A DNA stretch of 64,000 nucleotides, taken from NCBI RefSeq assembly GCF_009914755.1, contig NC_060942.1, one strand, 5' to 3'. Source of the stretch: the human T2T-CHM13v2.0 reference genome, Homo sapiens. A program made the translations under genes and the position numbers. Under the pieces are notes generated by a model, which saw nothing but the letters and a program-made list of their open reading frames with translations, was not told the origin of the DNA and did no database searches. Of this stretch, positions 1 to 13,917 are shown one piece after another (position 1 is the first letter of the stretch; every line of letters begins with the position of its first letter).

Positions 1-169
1 CATATGCACTATTGCAGATCGTCAGTGAACCAACTCCTTCAAACAACTACTCAGAATGCCGTGTTAAAGGTGCACTGATTTATCCACTTGGAATATTTCT
101 CACAAAGAATTAACCATTTTAAATCCTTAAAGAAGGCAATTTAATTTATCCTCAGTTATGGGAAAGCTC

Positions 170-900
170 CTCTTTACAAATGAATGCCAGATACTTAATG
201 TAGAAGGAATGATAGAAAAAATTTAAATCACCATTTTGCAATCTGCAGTCCCCCTCCCAGCCCTATGAAAGCATTGACTCAGACAAGGATAGTCACCGTG
301 AACCAAAAACATTGGATAACATGTTGTGGAAAGACCATTCCCAAGGTGTCATGTGTCATTTCATACATAATTTGCTAATTGCAAAGAAAAACAATCTGTA
401 CAATGGAGGACTCTGAGTGTCTCATTTTAACATTGCTAATAGTGGAACTCTCTGAATGATGTTCTGGCTTGCAAGATGTAGTATCCAGCAACACTTAGGA
501 GGTCTTCTTGCTATGAGGCGTCTTGCTAACTGGCTTCTTGTTTAACCTTCTTCTTTCTAATCAAGCTTTTAGACCTAACCTGCAGTTTGCAGGAAATAGA
601 AGAACGACGTTAATAACTCCAACAGGAAACTATCAGGATAATCCAGGAGGAGGAAAAATCCAAGACAATAGTCTAGCTCCTGCAAAAAGTCAATGTAACA
701 AACTTTAAAAAGTGAGGAACTGTTACAGATTAAAAGAAACAGGAGAACCACAGCAATGTGTGAAATCTGGATTCTAGTTTGATAGAAACATAGCAGACAT
801 GTTGGGAACAAAGATGGACATTTAAATTTGAATCTGTTATTCAATTCTTTAGGTAATTATTTTCTTAGATCATAATGATCTTGTAGTTAGAAGCATATCT
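170..900 (+). mobile_element. Ancient L1 (L1ME/L1MC-type) 3'UTR fragment
   Basis: AAAAAGTCAATGT...TGAGGAACTGTTACAGATTAAAAGA...GCAATGTGTGA resembles old L1M 3' ends; heavily diverged, boundaries approximate. Confidence 0.55.
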
Positions 901-920
901 TCATGATGAACGTAATTGAC

Positions 921-1210
<290 letters not shown>

Positions 1211-1660
1211 AGAAAGACCAGTGTGGCTGGAACAGAAAGAATAAGGGAGACAGGGGTGCTGATTTGACTGAGGGGTAAAGAGAGGCCCAATCACCAAATG
1301 CCACCAGACCATATAGAGGATGCTGATCTTTATCTAAAGAATATTGGATAGTTATAAGTGTGAAAGTGATACGATCTGATTAACATTGAAAAAGATCTCT
1401 CAGGCTATGACATAGTGAATCAATTGGAGGGGACTCAGTGTAGAAGAGTAATTTACAGGTGATTGTGAAAGTCCAGGGGAGAGACAACAGTGGCTTCAGG
1501 CAGGGTGGTGGCAATAGACATGGAGAAAAGCCAATGGAGTCAAAGAAGACTTAGTAGATAAAATTGACAGGATCTGTGATTGATCAAATAAGAGTAGAGA
1601 ATGAAAGAGGCATCAAGGACTGCTCTTGGGGCTCTGCTTTGACCTATAGAGTAGAGAGCT
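1211..1660 (-). mobile_element. L2 fragment
   Basis: CCAGTGTGGCTGGAACAGA... and GTCCAGGGGAGAGACAACAGTGGCTT are typical antisense L2 3'-region motifs. Confidence 0.7.
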
Positions 1661-1696
1661 CTAAAGGGCAAATAAGTTTATTTAGAATGATTACAA

Positions 1697-2011
1697 GGCT
1701 GGATGCCATGGTTCACACCCGTAATCCCAACACTTTGGAACAGCAAGACGGGAGGATTGCTTGAGGCCAGGAGTTTGAGACTAGCCTGGGCAATGTAAAG
1801 AGATCCTCATCTCTACAAAAAATAAAATTAAAAATTAGCCAGGCATGCTGGTGTTCACCTGTAGTCCCAGCTACTTGGAAGGCTGAGGAGGGAGGATCAT
1901 GTGAGATCAGGAGTTGTAGGTTACAGTGAGCTATGAAAATGCCCCCGCACTCCAGCCAGGGTGACAGAGTGAGACTCTGCCTTGAAAAAAGAAGAAAAGA
2001 AAAAGAAAAGT
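1697..2011 (+). mobile_element. AluJ element
   Basis: Full dimer with GAGGATTGCTTGAGGCCAGGAG; A-rich tail; TSD GAATGATTACAA at 1685-1696 and 2012-2023. Confidence 0.95.
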
Positions 2012-3094
2012 GAATGATTACAAGCTGAGTTTTAGATATGCTGCTTTATAGGGATCTTCAAGCTATCAGTGTTAGCACATAGTCCAATGGGACATTGCCT
2101 AATTTTAGATATTCAAAATGTAGCATTTCCAAATGAGGATTCTACTTTGAATAGTTAGTCTGAAAAAGAACGCACTATGCCAACAATCGTGTCATTGCTC
2201 AAAACTCATCTAAGGTTTCTCCTTGAAAATTTCGCTGAGAGCCAGTTTGCAGCTTCTCTACCATCAGCCTTGGATTCAAAAGGTGCTTTTCAGATATCCT
2301 CTAAGCTCCTCTGTGTATACCAACCACAGCACTCACTCTAGGCATTGCATTGTCATTTTATTTGCTGTATCTCTAGAACCTGAGCTCTTTTAGTTTGCTC
2401 ACCCCTGGATTCTGGTGATGTATACAGCAGGCTCTTGATAAATATTTACTAATTAAGCTTAGAAAAGTGATCTTGTTACTTTACCACCTCACCACAATTT
2501 TATCCAATGTGGTCCAGCATCTTTGACTAACTTGTTTCCTAAAGTGGCCTCTGAACAACTTGCTACAATTTCCAAAATAACAAAATCAACTCACAAACGA
2601 CCAGAAAAAGTAGAGAAGGAAGAGAAAAGGAATGAGGGATAGAGGAAGAAAGGAAGAAAAAGGAGGAGAAAAAGGAGAAACGACTCCACATGAAAAAAAA
2701 AATGTTGCAGGCTCTGAGAGTTATTCTTTCAGATATGTTCTCTAACAGATACTGGGATCATTGTAGAGCTCCCTAGAGTCACTATTTTGAAAAGGACTTG
2801 TCCCACTTAAATACTCAAAGCCAGATATAGTAAAGACAACTAGTCTACACACATCCCATACACAACATAGTGAAGATAATAAGTAACAGTACATTAAATA
2901 GCCCAACCCATATCACACAACTCTGAAAGTTCACCAGAAAACCTGGACCGGCTATTTTATAAATTTATTGTGCATCATCTGCACTTGAGGCATTTCTTAA
3001 AAGTGCTGATTTCTGAAGCCTATTGAGTTAGAAACTTTGTATATACTCTGATGCCTGTGTAGCTGAATGAAACACAGATAGAAATTTTTGGAAG

Positions 3095-3243
3095 CCTGTG
3101 CTCTCTGAGTTCTGGTTGTGGCTCTGTCTCTTAATATTTGATGACCTCGAGAATGTCACCTAACTCCTCTGGCCTCAGAATCTCTGCAAAGATGGAAGTA
3201 GTTAGCTGATTTCTAAAGTACTTTCTAGCTCTCGGATTCTATG
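3095..3243 (+). mobile_element. MIR/MIR3 SINE
   Basis: Core GTCACCTAACTCCTCTGGCCTCAG and tail TTCTAGCTCTCGGATTCTATG. Confidence 0.65.
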
Positions 3244-5689
3244 TTAAACTCTGCTGCTTTTGCTCTCAGTCTGGCACAGCACACTGAACACTATTCTTAG
3301 TCCACGTGTGTAGATGCTGAACTGTGCTCTGATTGGCTGGGCAGCCTGGGCTCCGACCTCACATTCATTCTCATGATTAGGATAATTGTTAAATGACTGA
3401 TCTGGTCTAATTTTCCATCTTGCACTGTGTTGTCCCACACCTCAAAATTTGATAATGATTTCACAAACTAAAAGGTCATGTCAGCTGGGACCATATACTT
3501 CAGGTGGGTCTCTACAGGTAAGTAGGAGACACATAAGCGAGAAGGGAAGGGGTACTTGAGGCAAGGACAAGAGCATGAGCAAAAGCATGAAAATAGGAGT
3601 GGGCAAAGGATGCCTAGGGATCACTTCACCATGATCAGAGTGCATGCACCCAAGAGTTGCTGGATCCAAGAGCAGTATTTCAGACTTCTGAACAAAGTTT
3701 AGTTTTGTGTATTTCCAAAATCAGAGCCAGACAGGAAGAGAGGGCTCCATAAAGAATTGTGCAAGTTGGAAAGAGTGGGCTACAATAGTATGTTAGAGTA
3801 AGGTTTTCTCATAAAAATATAATAGAAACTGTTAAACTCACACTTTGCATGTGCCATTTAAAAATGAATCTTACACATTGGCAAACATAAACATCCATGA
3901 ATGCACAAAGGTAACTAATTGGGGAAGTGATTGTGTGCTTCCAGAGACCACTCTCTTTCAGAGGTGAGTAGAGAATTAGATTGTGCAGGCAGGAGACATT
4001 TGGTTGGGACAAGGCTTCTCTGCCAACTCAGCTTCTGCCCTGTCATGAGTCACAGAACTGGCAGGCTCTGAGTACACGTGCGGTCTTAAGACCCTCTATG
4101 CTTGCCAGTTCTACTGGGTAGATGGTACCCAACCAATGCTCACTTCTTGGGGGAGGAGTGTTTTGAGTGAAATTTTTCCCTTGGGAAAAATAAAGCATAC
4201 ACAAACATCCCTTATAATAGATTGATAAAATGTCCCCAAAATTCAGAAGGGGAAGAGTCTACTCCATCGATGGCTGGGTTTTTCCTTTATGCAAGATAAT
4301 GTGGACTGAAAAGAAGTTCATTGGCTGCCAAGGCTCCCAGGACAGGCTGCTGGCAGCAGGTTCTTTGAGAAAGGCAGCAGATGGCCTCTGGGGGCCATGG
4401 GGAGTTGGCCAAGGTTTCCCTGGAGAATCACTGGATTTATGTCCCAGTTACTTTAGGCACACAACCCCCTAGGCATTAAGCAAGCTCAACACCTCTTTAG
4501 ATTTTAAAACCTGGAGTTTGTGTGTGTTGCAAACCACAGAAGACAATGGTTCCACCCATAAAAGAGGAAAGCATTCCTCTACCCAAAGTCAGCCTAGATA
4601 ATATCACTTCTACGTGAAACCTTGAGCCACAATAAAACCATTTTAGTCGACCTTGTAAATAGTTTTAAGGGCCTCAGAACTTATTCACCTGCCCTCCTCA
4701 TCTCAAGTTGGTTAATTAGTTTTCTAACTTGAATTACACCATTTGCTAATATTTACAACATTTTCTAACTTGAACTAAAGTGCCATGAGTTTGATTAAAT
4801 TGGATAATGTTTCCAGTTGCAGTTTTATATTTCTAGAGGGAGTTCACAAAAATGAGGAAGGCCTTCAGTAGCCTAGACTTCAGCTAAATTCCATTTTAAC
4901 TTTGAGTGAATTCACATTCATGGGATATTCATTCCTGTAAGGTACCTACCCTGCTAGGATGAAGCAAAAGCAAACAAACCAGAACACGCACAAAAAATGA
5001 AGCATGGTGGCAGCTGTTTTTTAAAATGTCACCACTAAATGAGTATTGATAAGTACCAATTCTGCTCAACATCATACTTCAAGCTATCAAGTGAAGGGAA
5101 AGGGTGTGTACTCAAGGATGCTTTAATCTAGCAGGAGAAATAGGACTCACACATGAAATATTATAATAGGAAACAAGACAAACCACAGTTGGATAGATTG
5201 GTGCAGTTGCCTTGCAATAAACAAAATATTGTTTCGTAAACTTTCCACTATGATGTATGTGCTTTATTGTGGGATTTTGATTGAGGTTTGACACAGTTGG
5301 CTACGCCCTCAACAAAAGCCTTCCATATCCAACCTAAGGAGTGTAGACACCTGTTGGAGAGGTTGGATGCCATAGAGGGAATCATTTGTCCCTCCCTCAA
5401 GACAGGAACTGTTACTCATCTTAGCTGAGCACTTTAGGAACAGTGCAATGCCAAGATGTTCCAATCTGGGCTGTCAAATCATTCATTTTGGAAAGCTTCA
5501 TACGTACTGCTCTTTGCTTGATAAATATGTATACATTTTACATTTTAAGTTTTTATTTTCTTTATTGCTCTTCTATTTTTTAAAACATCTTTCTAGGGTA
5601 GGCAAAGAGATCACATAACAAGGACAAGAAGTAAAGGAGAACAAGGACCTGATATCTCCAGTATGTGTCTTGCATGTGCCTGGCTTTTT

Positions 5690-6045
5690 ACCTAGTCATA
5701 TTGCTCCCTCTGCCTCTATTGCCCAAGTGTCCACCTCTGGATATCCAAACCTTATTAGCAACTCAATGCACATCAGATGCCACTTCTAGGATGCCCTCCA
5801 AAATCTTCATCTTGAGCAAGTGTGATCTCTCCTAGAATACTTGCTGATTCTCTCATAGCGTTTAGCACTTTCTTCCATATATAAATATTTACATATACTG
5901 GCTCCTACTATATATATACCATGCATATCTGACATACTTTAATATGCCCTACTGCACCGCAAATCTATTACAGCATCTTATAAGCAGTCCACATTCAGTA
6001 AATACTTGTTGGAAATGTTTGCCGGATGAATAAATTAATTGATCA
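5690..6045 (+). mobile_element. L2 3' fragment
   Basis: Ends ...CATTCAGTAAATACTTGTTGGA...GATGAATAAAT like the L2 3' terminus. Confidence 0.55.
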
Positions 6046-6644
6046 ATGCAGAAGAGATGCTCCCAAAGAACCTAATACATTTATCCAATCAGGACACGAA
6101 AATGGAGATAAAGTCATGTATACAATTTAGGCAGATATACATCCTAGGTAAAAAGTAGTCAACACATCAAATCAGTGGTCAGTTCCATTGGCATAGTCTA
6201 TCTCTTTCCAGGCATAGAGATTTGGCTAAAGTCAAACAAGGAATCAGCATACAAGCTGAGGGCCTCATTTTGGACAATCTGTCTCAAGATTCTGCTTCTG
6301 GAATAAGCACATTTTCCTTTCTTTCCCTTAGAATTGAGGGGATAATTGGGGAACTGCCCTACATAAAATGTAAACATTTGTTGGGAATTACTGTTGGCAA
6401 GGCTCTTATTCTTCCTGACTTGAAAGTGAAACCCACCTCTACTAGTGAATTTTAAAATGAGAAAATGTAAACTATCAGCAAAGCAGTACTTCCCCACAAA
6501 ATATTAAAAATAAATTAAAGCGGATGTTAATATTATATGAGAGAAAAGACACAGGAACATAATCCACCAGTAGATTGGCAGAATAGCATGAGCATTCACT
6601 GGAATGAATTTTTTCCCTTCATGACCAAGTTTAGGCTAAATATC

Positions 6645-6806
6645 ATAACAACCATTTCTTGAGAATCACTTCATGCCAGGCAAGTGGAAATTAGATTTTA
6701 TATGTTATCTAATTAATTTATAACACTCCTTCAAAGTCAATATTATTGTTCCCATTTTACAGATGAGGAAACTCAATGCTCAGGGAGACTAAAAAAACCC
6801 TGCCCA
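6645..6806 (-). mobile_element. MIR SINE
   Basis: CCCATTTTACAGATGAGGAAACT core. Confidence 0.85.
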
Positions 6807-8861
6807 ATCTATCGTAACTACGATTGTATCATAGCTGCTGTAATTCACCACCTTCTGCTGTGAAAGCAAATCATAAGATTCTCCATTTCTTCAACACACA
6901 CAGGCTTCGACACACACATATCCTAGCTCTGTCTCAAACCAACCCTTTTCTTAATTAGGCCTAACTTCAAAGGACAACTTGTGGGGCTGTAACCAAAAAG
7001 TGGAGAAAGGCCCAAGAGCTGCTGAAGATAATGCACAAAGTAAATTACCTACATCAAGGTGTTGTATTGTCAGTTGTAGTGTTTATTAATATTCCTGATT
7101 CCAATTATCTCTTCTACTATGCCAAAGCTGTTTTTATACTACATGAAAAAGAAAAATGCAATCAAGATGCGCATTTACTATCTGTATATTAAGATCTTCC
7201 CACTATTCAAGAATTCCTAGACTTTGTTCTTTTCCATCTCCACTGCCATCAAATTGCCCCTCTCTGTGCCCCATCCCACAGCAAAGAGCCCCCAGCATTT
7301 GGCCCTGAATAACCCTAGGAACCCGGAGGCTTGAAGCTGTCTTGCGAAAACTCCAGTTGAGTTTGTAGTCTAAAAAGGGATGAATCTGGAAAAGCTTCAG
7401 CTAAGCATTCAAATTTCCTGCTCTTTTATCTGCTGTGAGTTTTGATGTCTCACCCATTGTCCCAGCTGCTTTGAAAATAGCATAAATGCACCATAAATCT
7501 CGTTGTTGGGTGACATCCCCCACACAAAAGGCTGGTGGGAACAGCAGCCCCTCTACACCCTCAGTGCTCTGTGCTGCCTGCTGGTTGCTTACAACGCCCC
7601 TGGAGCAAGGGAAGGAGGATTACTTCACGGACAGCGGCAATCACTTCAGCTTCCAAGAGCTCCGTCTCCAGAACCTAGAGGTTCCTAAAAAGGACACTGG
7701 AGCAGCTGGAAAGGATATGAGCTCCATTATCACAACATTTAAGTTTTTGCCTTTTGAACCAAGCTACTTTGCAATAAACTGTTTTGCTCAACAATATCTC
7801 CAAAGCATGTTTCCTTGTCTTTTTGGACATATAGTCATAGCCACTTCCTATGGCCCAAATAAAGTTCTAAATATGATATTTCAACAACAACATCAGCAAA
7901 GCAAGAGGTAGTACATCTCTGGGTGTTCAACTTTGTCTTTCAACATAAGAAGCAAGATTTATCGGGACTTCAGTGGGCAAGGATTAATAGAATGAATCAC
8001 CTCTTTTCCCCTAAAGGTTTGACATAGTGTGTGATTTGTGCCTGCTAAGCTAGTATAATGATGAACAACCTCTTTTATTAATGTAGCTAAAAATGGAAAC
8101 TGTGTTAAGACCTTACATAACCAGAAATGACACATGGCAACTGAGGGTCACTTCTCCCACAAGGTCTTGGTGCCTGAGTTACGTTGGCATCAAATGAAAA
8201 GAATTGCAAATGTGGAAGCATTTATTCTACATCTGTACTGTGCCTTTATCTAAGTTAGATCTTACAGCTTTAATAGTATAAGAAAAAATATAAACACAAC
8301 TTGAAATCAGGTTATATTAGATAAACATTTTTAACACAGAGATGCTATGTATTATCTTCGCCATTGTTAGAAATAATAACAGTTAATTTGTAAGACGTTT
8401 CTCACTTTAAATACCCACATTTTAAAATATTAAATAATGTTACTTATAGAAAAAGTTTAAATAGACATTATGCTGTGGGACGTTATTGTTTTAGATTCTC
8501 TCAGACCAGAAAGTTACAAAAAGCAAAGTGAAGAGAAATTATTATATATCATAAAAATTATGGGCTTATATCTAAGTCTAGGGAAAAATATATTTATGAA
8601 TATATACAAATCTCATTTCAGTTACCTCTGCTCATTTAGAAGGTAAGATGTCTTTTGGTTCTGAAATCTCTGAATGTGTTGTCTCATTCCATGACATTTT
8701 AGAAAAGATATTTTTAAAGCCAGAGTCTAGTCAAACGGTTTATTTTGAAATACTTGAAACTTGGTTATGATGTAGTTGCTTGATTGAATCTGACTGATGA
8801 TTTTCAAAATATCCGCTGGCTAAATTAAAGCTGTAAATTTTACAAACAAATTTCTATGTCT

Positions 8862-9180
8862 AGGCCAAAGGTTGTACATCCGGTCTGTAGTCATGTTTTG
8901 CCTGTTCAGCACAATTTTTTTTTTTTAAAGTTAATTAGATGCTAACTTTTAAAAATCGAGAGATTTTCGTTTTTAAAATTCTAACTTCTTGACTTCTTTG
9001 AAACAAAATTCTACATCTGGCAATCCTGGACCTAGATTTCTGCAACAGGAAGGGTTTGAGTATCAGGTGCCTGCTTTAGATGGAACATGGATCTTAAATT
9101 CATCATTGCTCCTGCCAGCCTGTTCACCAACATACATCTGCTACCTGGGCCCTCTAAGCAGTTCAGTTTACAGCCCCCAG
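8862..9180 (+). mobile_element. hAT-Charlie MITE (MER102-like)
   Basis: TTTAAAAATCGAGAGATTT...ATCTGGCAATCCTGG and end GTTCAGTTTACAGCCCCC resemble MER102. Confidence 0.6.
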
Positions 9181-9325
9181 TGTAGACACAGCTTGCACAG
9201 CTTGAATGTCTTACCGTACTTAGAAGTCTTGCACAAACAGTCTCTGTCACACCTAGGAAGCATGCATGTATGTGCCCTGAATGAAGACAATCATGCAGCT
9301 CCCCTGCAGGTTCTTGTTATCTGTC

Positions 9326-9693
9326 TGATACGGTTTGGCTGTGTCCCCACCCAAATCTCATCTTGAATTGTAGTTCCCATAATTCCCTCATGGTGTGGGA
9401 GGGACCCAGTGGGAGATAATTGAATCATGGGGGCAGTTTCCCCCACACTGTTCTCGTGGTAGTGAATAAATCTCAGGAGATCTGATGGTTTTATAAGGGG
9501 AAAGCTCTTTTGCTTGGCTCTCATTCTCTTCTCTGGTCTGCCACCATGTGAGATGTGCCTTTCACCTTCCGCCATGATTGTGAGGCCTCCTCAGCCATGT
9601 AAAACTATAAGTCTATTAAACCTCTTTCTTTTGCAAATTGCCCAGTCTTGGGTATGTCTTTATCAGTAGCGTGAACATTTTCAAACTAATACA
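9326..9693 (+). mobile_element. THE1 (MaLR) solo LTR
   Basis: TGATACGGTTTGGCTGTGTCCCCACCCAAATCTCATCTTGAATTGTAG...AACTAATACA; TATA-like TTATAAG and ATTAAA. Confidence 0.95.
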
Positions 9694-9839
9694 CTTCCTC
9701 TTTTCTCTCTCTATCTCTCTCTCTCTCTCTCATTATTGAACCTAGACTTATACTTCATTAGGACCATCACAGAGTACATCACAGTGTACAACACATGAAT
9801 TGAGTTGATACCATAAGGGAAAGACTTTGGGATGAGAAA

Positions 9840-9965
9840 ATATATTTATTCCACAGGTATTTTCTGAATGTTCACTTTATACCCAGGCACTGATTAAGGT
9901 ACTGGAGATACATCAGTACACTAAACAAGCCAAAAGTTTGCCCTCATGGAGCTCATATTCCAGAA
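9840..9965 (-). mobile_element. L2 3'-end fragment
   Basis: CCAGGCACTG...CTGGAGATACA...GCCCTCATGGAGCTCATATTC. Confidence 0.7.
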
Positions 9966-11266
9966 TCACCCATGCTTTACTGTGGTGAGTTTGCCTTCTC
10001 CAATAACCTAAGACAGTCTCTAGATCCTTTCCTCTTTCCAATCAATACAATCTCAACAAATCCAGGGAGGTTAAAATTGTATCTGCAGGATGGTGAACAG
10101 ACTTCCTCTTATTTTCCAACTGTAAATAACTGACAGGAGATTCTTCAATAACTCCCAGCCCACATCTAGCCTTGCTGGCAATGAGAGGCATGGTGGGGCA
10201 ACCGCTGGCCAGTAGGGAGCATGGAGACCGACTGGTGTGAATTTGTTGACCCTCAGTCCTGACTACCCCCTTTTAAAATGAAAACAGTGAGGTTTACCAG
10301 GGCTAAGTGACTTGCTCAAGGTCACACAGTTTCAGAACAAATAGAAGTAACTAGTCCCTACCTAGTCCCAGTTTTCCCTTAGACTTCCTATGTCTGTCTT
10401 GTCCCTGAACCCAGTCCAAAGTATAATTTCAGCAAGTCCACTTAGCTCTATTAGTGACCCAGAGGGGGCTGCAATCCCGGGAATATTGGGTCTTGAGTGA
10501 CTTCATGCCTTAACTATTTGAAATGACTTCTTTGATGTCTTCCTCTGGAGGAAAATGGAGTTTACAATCCTTTAAGAATTAATTAATTGTTTAAACCATG
10601 CCAAGTATACACTAACGACAATAAAACTTAAATTAAAAAAAAGCAGAATAATCTCAACTGAAAAGCAAATCATTCATTCATTGCTTTTACAATAGAAATG
10701 GATGGTTTATCATGAGTCAAGCATTGATCTAAGTAAAAAAACATTGAAAAGGTCACTAATCTCTTCTAATGGAAAGACAGAATAATAAGGCAAATAACCA
10801 AGTGAAAAATAAAAGCCTAGTTAGTGACATGAATAAAAAAAAAAAAAACTGGCTGGCCACCTCTAATGAGGTTTCACTTAAATTGAGACCTAGATGACAT
10901 AAATATCTGGGGGAGAAGCATTCCAGACTGAGAGAATAGCTGATGCCGACTTCAAGGCTGATAATAAGATTGGGGTAGGAAGGGAGTAGAATGGTCAGTT
11001 GGCTTGGCACAAGATGAGTTACGTACAGAGTTGTTCAAGATGATGTCTGCAAGCTCAGCAAGGGGCATTCTATGTGGGTTATTAGCAATTTGAATTTTAT
11101 TCTAAGAGTAATGGGAAATCCTTAGTCGATCCTAAACAAGAGAGTAGCATTAAATAATTTGTAGCTTATAAAGCTTACTCTGAATGTTACATGAAAAATT
11201 ATTGAGGGCTAGTAGGGAACAGAAGCTGGGAGATGTATTAAAAGTCTATTGCTGTGTATAAGACAT

Positions 11267-11903
11267 TTATGTGGTTTGGCTCTGTGTCCCCACCCAAATA
11301 TCATCTTGAACTGTAATCCCCACATATGGAAGGAAAGACCTAGTGGGAAGAGATTGAATCATGGGGGTGCTTTCCCCCATGCTGTTCTTGTGATAGTGAG
11401 TGAGTTCTCATGAGATCTGATGGTTTTATAAGGGGCTCTTCCCCCTTTGCTCTCTCCCCATCTCCTGCTACCCTGTGAAGAAGGTGCATTGTTTCCTTTT
11501 CACCTTCCACCATGATTGTAAGTTTCCTGAGGCCTCCCCAGCCAGATGAAACTGAGTCAATTAAACCTCTTTTCTTTCTATTTATTTATTTATTTTTCAT
11601 TTTTATTTTTATTTTACTTTAATTTCCAGGATACATATGCAGAGCATGCAGGTTTGTTACATAGGTATACGTGTGTCATGGTGGTTTGTTGCAACTGTTA
11701 GTCTGTCCTCTAAGTTCTCTCCTCATGCCCCCCACCTCCCAACAGGCCCTGGTGTGTGTTGTTCCTTTCGCTGTGTCCATGTGTTCTCATTGTTCAACTC
11801 CCACTTATGAGTGAGAACATGTGGTGTTTGTAAACCTCTTTTCTTTATAAATGACCCAGTCTCAGGGAGGTTCTTTATAGCAGTGTGAAAACAAACTAAT
11901 ACA
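11267..11903 (+). mobile_element. MST (MaLR) solo LTR interrupted by L1
   Basis: TGGTTTGGCTCTGTGTCCCCACCCAAA...CAAACTAATACA; 5-bp TSD GACAT/GACAC. Confidence 0.92.
11578..11830 (-). mobile_element. 5'-truncated L1PA (L1PA8-like) 3' end
   Basis: L1 3'UTR (CATGTGTTCTCATTGTTCAACTCCCACTTATGAGTGAGAACAT), decayed poly(T), exact 16-bp TSD TAAACCTCTTTTCTTT at 11562-11577 and 11831-11846. Confidence 0.95.
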
Positions 11904-11928
11904 GACACGATAGTGGCTTGGAGGAAGG

Positions 11929-12096
11929 CAATGCTTTCCAGCTTAGATGCATACAAGGACCACCTAGAGAACTTAAAAAGAGGAAAGAAAAACTAAATAA
12001 GGCTCCGTCCCTGTCTTAGAGATTGCAATTCAATTGTTTTGAGGTAAGGCCTAAACAAATTTTAAAAACTTGTTTGCCAGGGTTGAGAATCACTGA
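11929..12096. mobile_element. MER5-type hAT MITE
   Basis: CCACCTAGAGAACTT...GCCAGGGTTGAGAATCACTG end. Confidence 0.6.
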
Positions 12097-12442
12097 TATA
12101 ATGTGAATGCAGTGGAGATGGAGTGAAAGAAACACAGTTAGGTTATGTTTTCAGGGTAGATTCAACAAGACTTGATGATGAGTTAGGTGTAGGCAGGAAA
12201 GGAAAGAAAAGTTATAAGAAGTACTTTTCCACTTTGGGCCTGAGAAACTAGGTTAATGGTGGTTCTCTTTTGTGAAATGCTAATATCTAAGAGAACATCA
12301 AGCTTAGGCAGGAGAAATAAGGGTTCTGTTTCAAATGTTAAATTTCAGATGCCTAACGAATGAAGAGATCTAGTAGTCAGTTGGATATTCAACTCTGGAA
12401 ATCAGAAAAGGGGCCAGAAATGGGTATGTGTATATATGGGGG

Positions 12443-12469
12443 TGTGTGTGTGTGTGTGTGTGTGTGTGT
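12443..12469. repeat. (TG)n microsatellite
   Basis: Perfect GT dinucleotide run. Confidence 0.97.
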
Positions 12470-13502
12470 ACATGATTCATACATACATGGTATTTAAAGC
12501 ATTGAAGACTGGAAGAAATTATTTACAAGAAGAGTGTTTTGAGAAAAGAGGAGAAACCAGTACTGAACCCTAGGAATACTCCAATATTCAGAGTCCTACA
12601 GAGGAGAAGGAGTTAGCCGGAGAAGAAGCAGCCAGAGAGATAGTTGGAAAATCAGCATGCAGTGTCTCTATGAGGGAAAAATTTCATATGTTCAAGAAGG
12701 AAGAAGTGGTCACTTTTTTCAAATGTGGTTGAAATGTCACTTAAGATAAGGACAAAAGGAGGACAGCTGAATTTCACAGTATTAAAGTTATTGGGCATAT
12801 TGACAACAGCATTTAATGGAGAGCAGTGAGGAAGGGAGCTAATGGGAGAGAAAAAGAAGAGAGTTCACTGAGACAATGGCCACAGGAAAAATTTGTTGGG
12901 AAGGACAACAGAGACATGTAGCAGTAGCACTTGCGCAAAGACTCATTCATATATCTATTGAAGCAGGAAAGATAGCCAAGGGACGAAGCTTAGGAATGGA
13001 TGCTGGTAGATATGTAGGTTAGTTACCTGCTGCTTGATTTGGCTTTCTGAATAAAGTAAGTACTGAAGTCATAAGGTGATGAAGAGGCAGAGTTGGAGGT
13101 AAGGCAGTCTGCAAAGAGAGGGGAAAATGTGGAGCAGTTGTTTTAGAGAATGGTACAGCAACCACATCAGGGAAGCATCACAGAAATTCTGGTTGGGTGC
13201 CCATTGGAGGTCTGTGTTATGGAATTTTAAGTAAGAACTGGCAGCACAAGTGTGTTTTCTTTTTTCCCTACAATGTTCAGTTGTTTGGGTGCAGGGACAC
13301 AATAGGTTGGTAATTGAATTTCATGAGAATCGGAGTTTGCCAATGAAATATGACAAAGTGAGAAATGGGACGAGTAAAAATGTTTGCAAGAGGTCAACTT
13401 GGACCAAAGCAAGGAGGGAGGAAAGTAAGAACATCACTGGGATGTAATAGGATGAGGGAGAATGGCAAAGTAGCAAGGTCAAGGGGTGAATGTCTTCATT
13501 AG

Positions 13503-13917
13503 TGATATGGTTTGGATCTGTGTCCCCACCCAAATCTCATGTCGAATTGCAATCCCCAATGTTGGAGGTGAGGCCTGGAGGGAGATGATTAGATCATGGA
13601 GATATTCCTCATGAATGGTTCAGCACCATCCTCTTTGTGCTGTTCTCATGATAGTGAGTGAGTTCTTGCAAGATCTGGTTGTTTAAAAGCGTGTGGCGCC
13701 TTCACCATCTCTCTCTTGCTCCAGCTCTGGCCATATGATGTGTGCTCCTGCTTTGCCTTCCAGCATATTGTAAGTTTCCTGAGGCCTCCCCAGAAGTCAA
13801 GCAGATGCCAGCATCATGCTTCCTGTATAGCCAGTGGAACTGGCAGACAACTAAACCTCTTTTCTTTATAAGTTACCCAGTCTCAGGTATTTCTTTATAG
13901 CAGTAGGATCTAACACA
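13503..13917 (+). mobile_element. MSTB-like (MaLR) solo LTR
   Basis: TGATATGGTTTGGATCTGTGTCCCC...TAACACA; perfect 5-bp TSD ATTAG at 13498-13502 and 13918-13922. Confidence 0.95.

Larger units (their letters stand above)
10670..13500 (-). mobile_element. Long L2 remnant interrupted by an MST LTR, MER5 and (TG)n
   Basis: Starts CATTCATTCATT (L2 tail); antisense L2 motifs recur, e.g. TTTTATTCTAAGAGTAATGGGAAATCC and GTCAGTTGGATATTCAACTCTGG. Confidence 0.7.

Noticed and set aside
4720-4774. Short direct repeats (TTTTCTAACTTGAA x2; similarly AGGGTTCTTGTAAA x2 at 38259-38304)
   Set aside because: Only two copies each; ordinary local duplications, not CRISPR-like arrays or TSDs of an identifiable element
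7486-7911. 141-aa ORF, and a possible 61-nt minus-strand exon at 7624-7684
   Set aside because: No recognisable protein similarity; the splice donor is weak (GAA/GTAATC) and no partner exons could be linked
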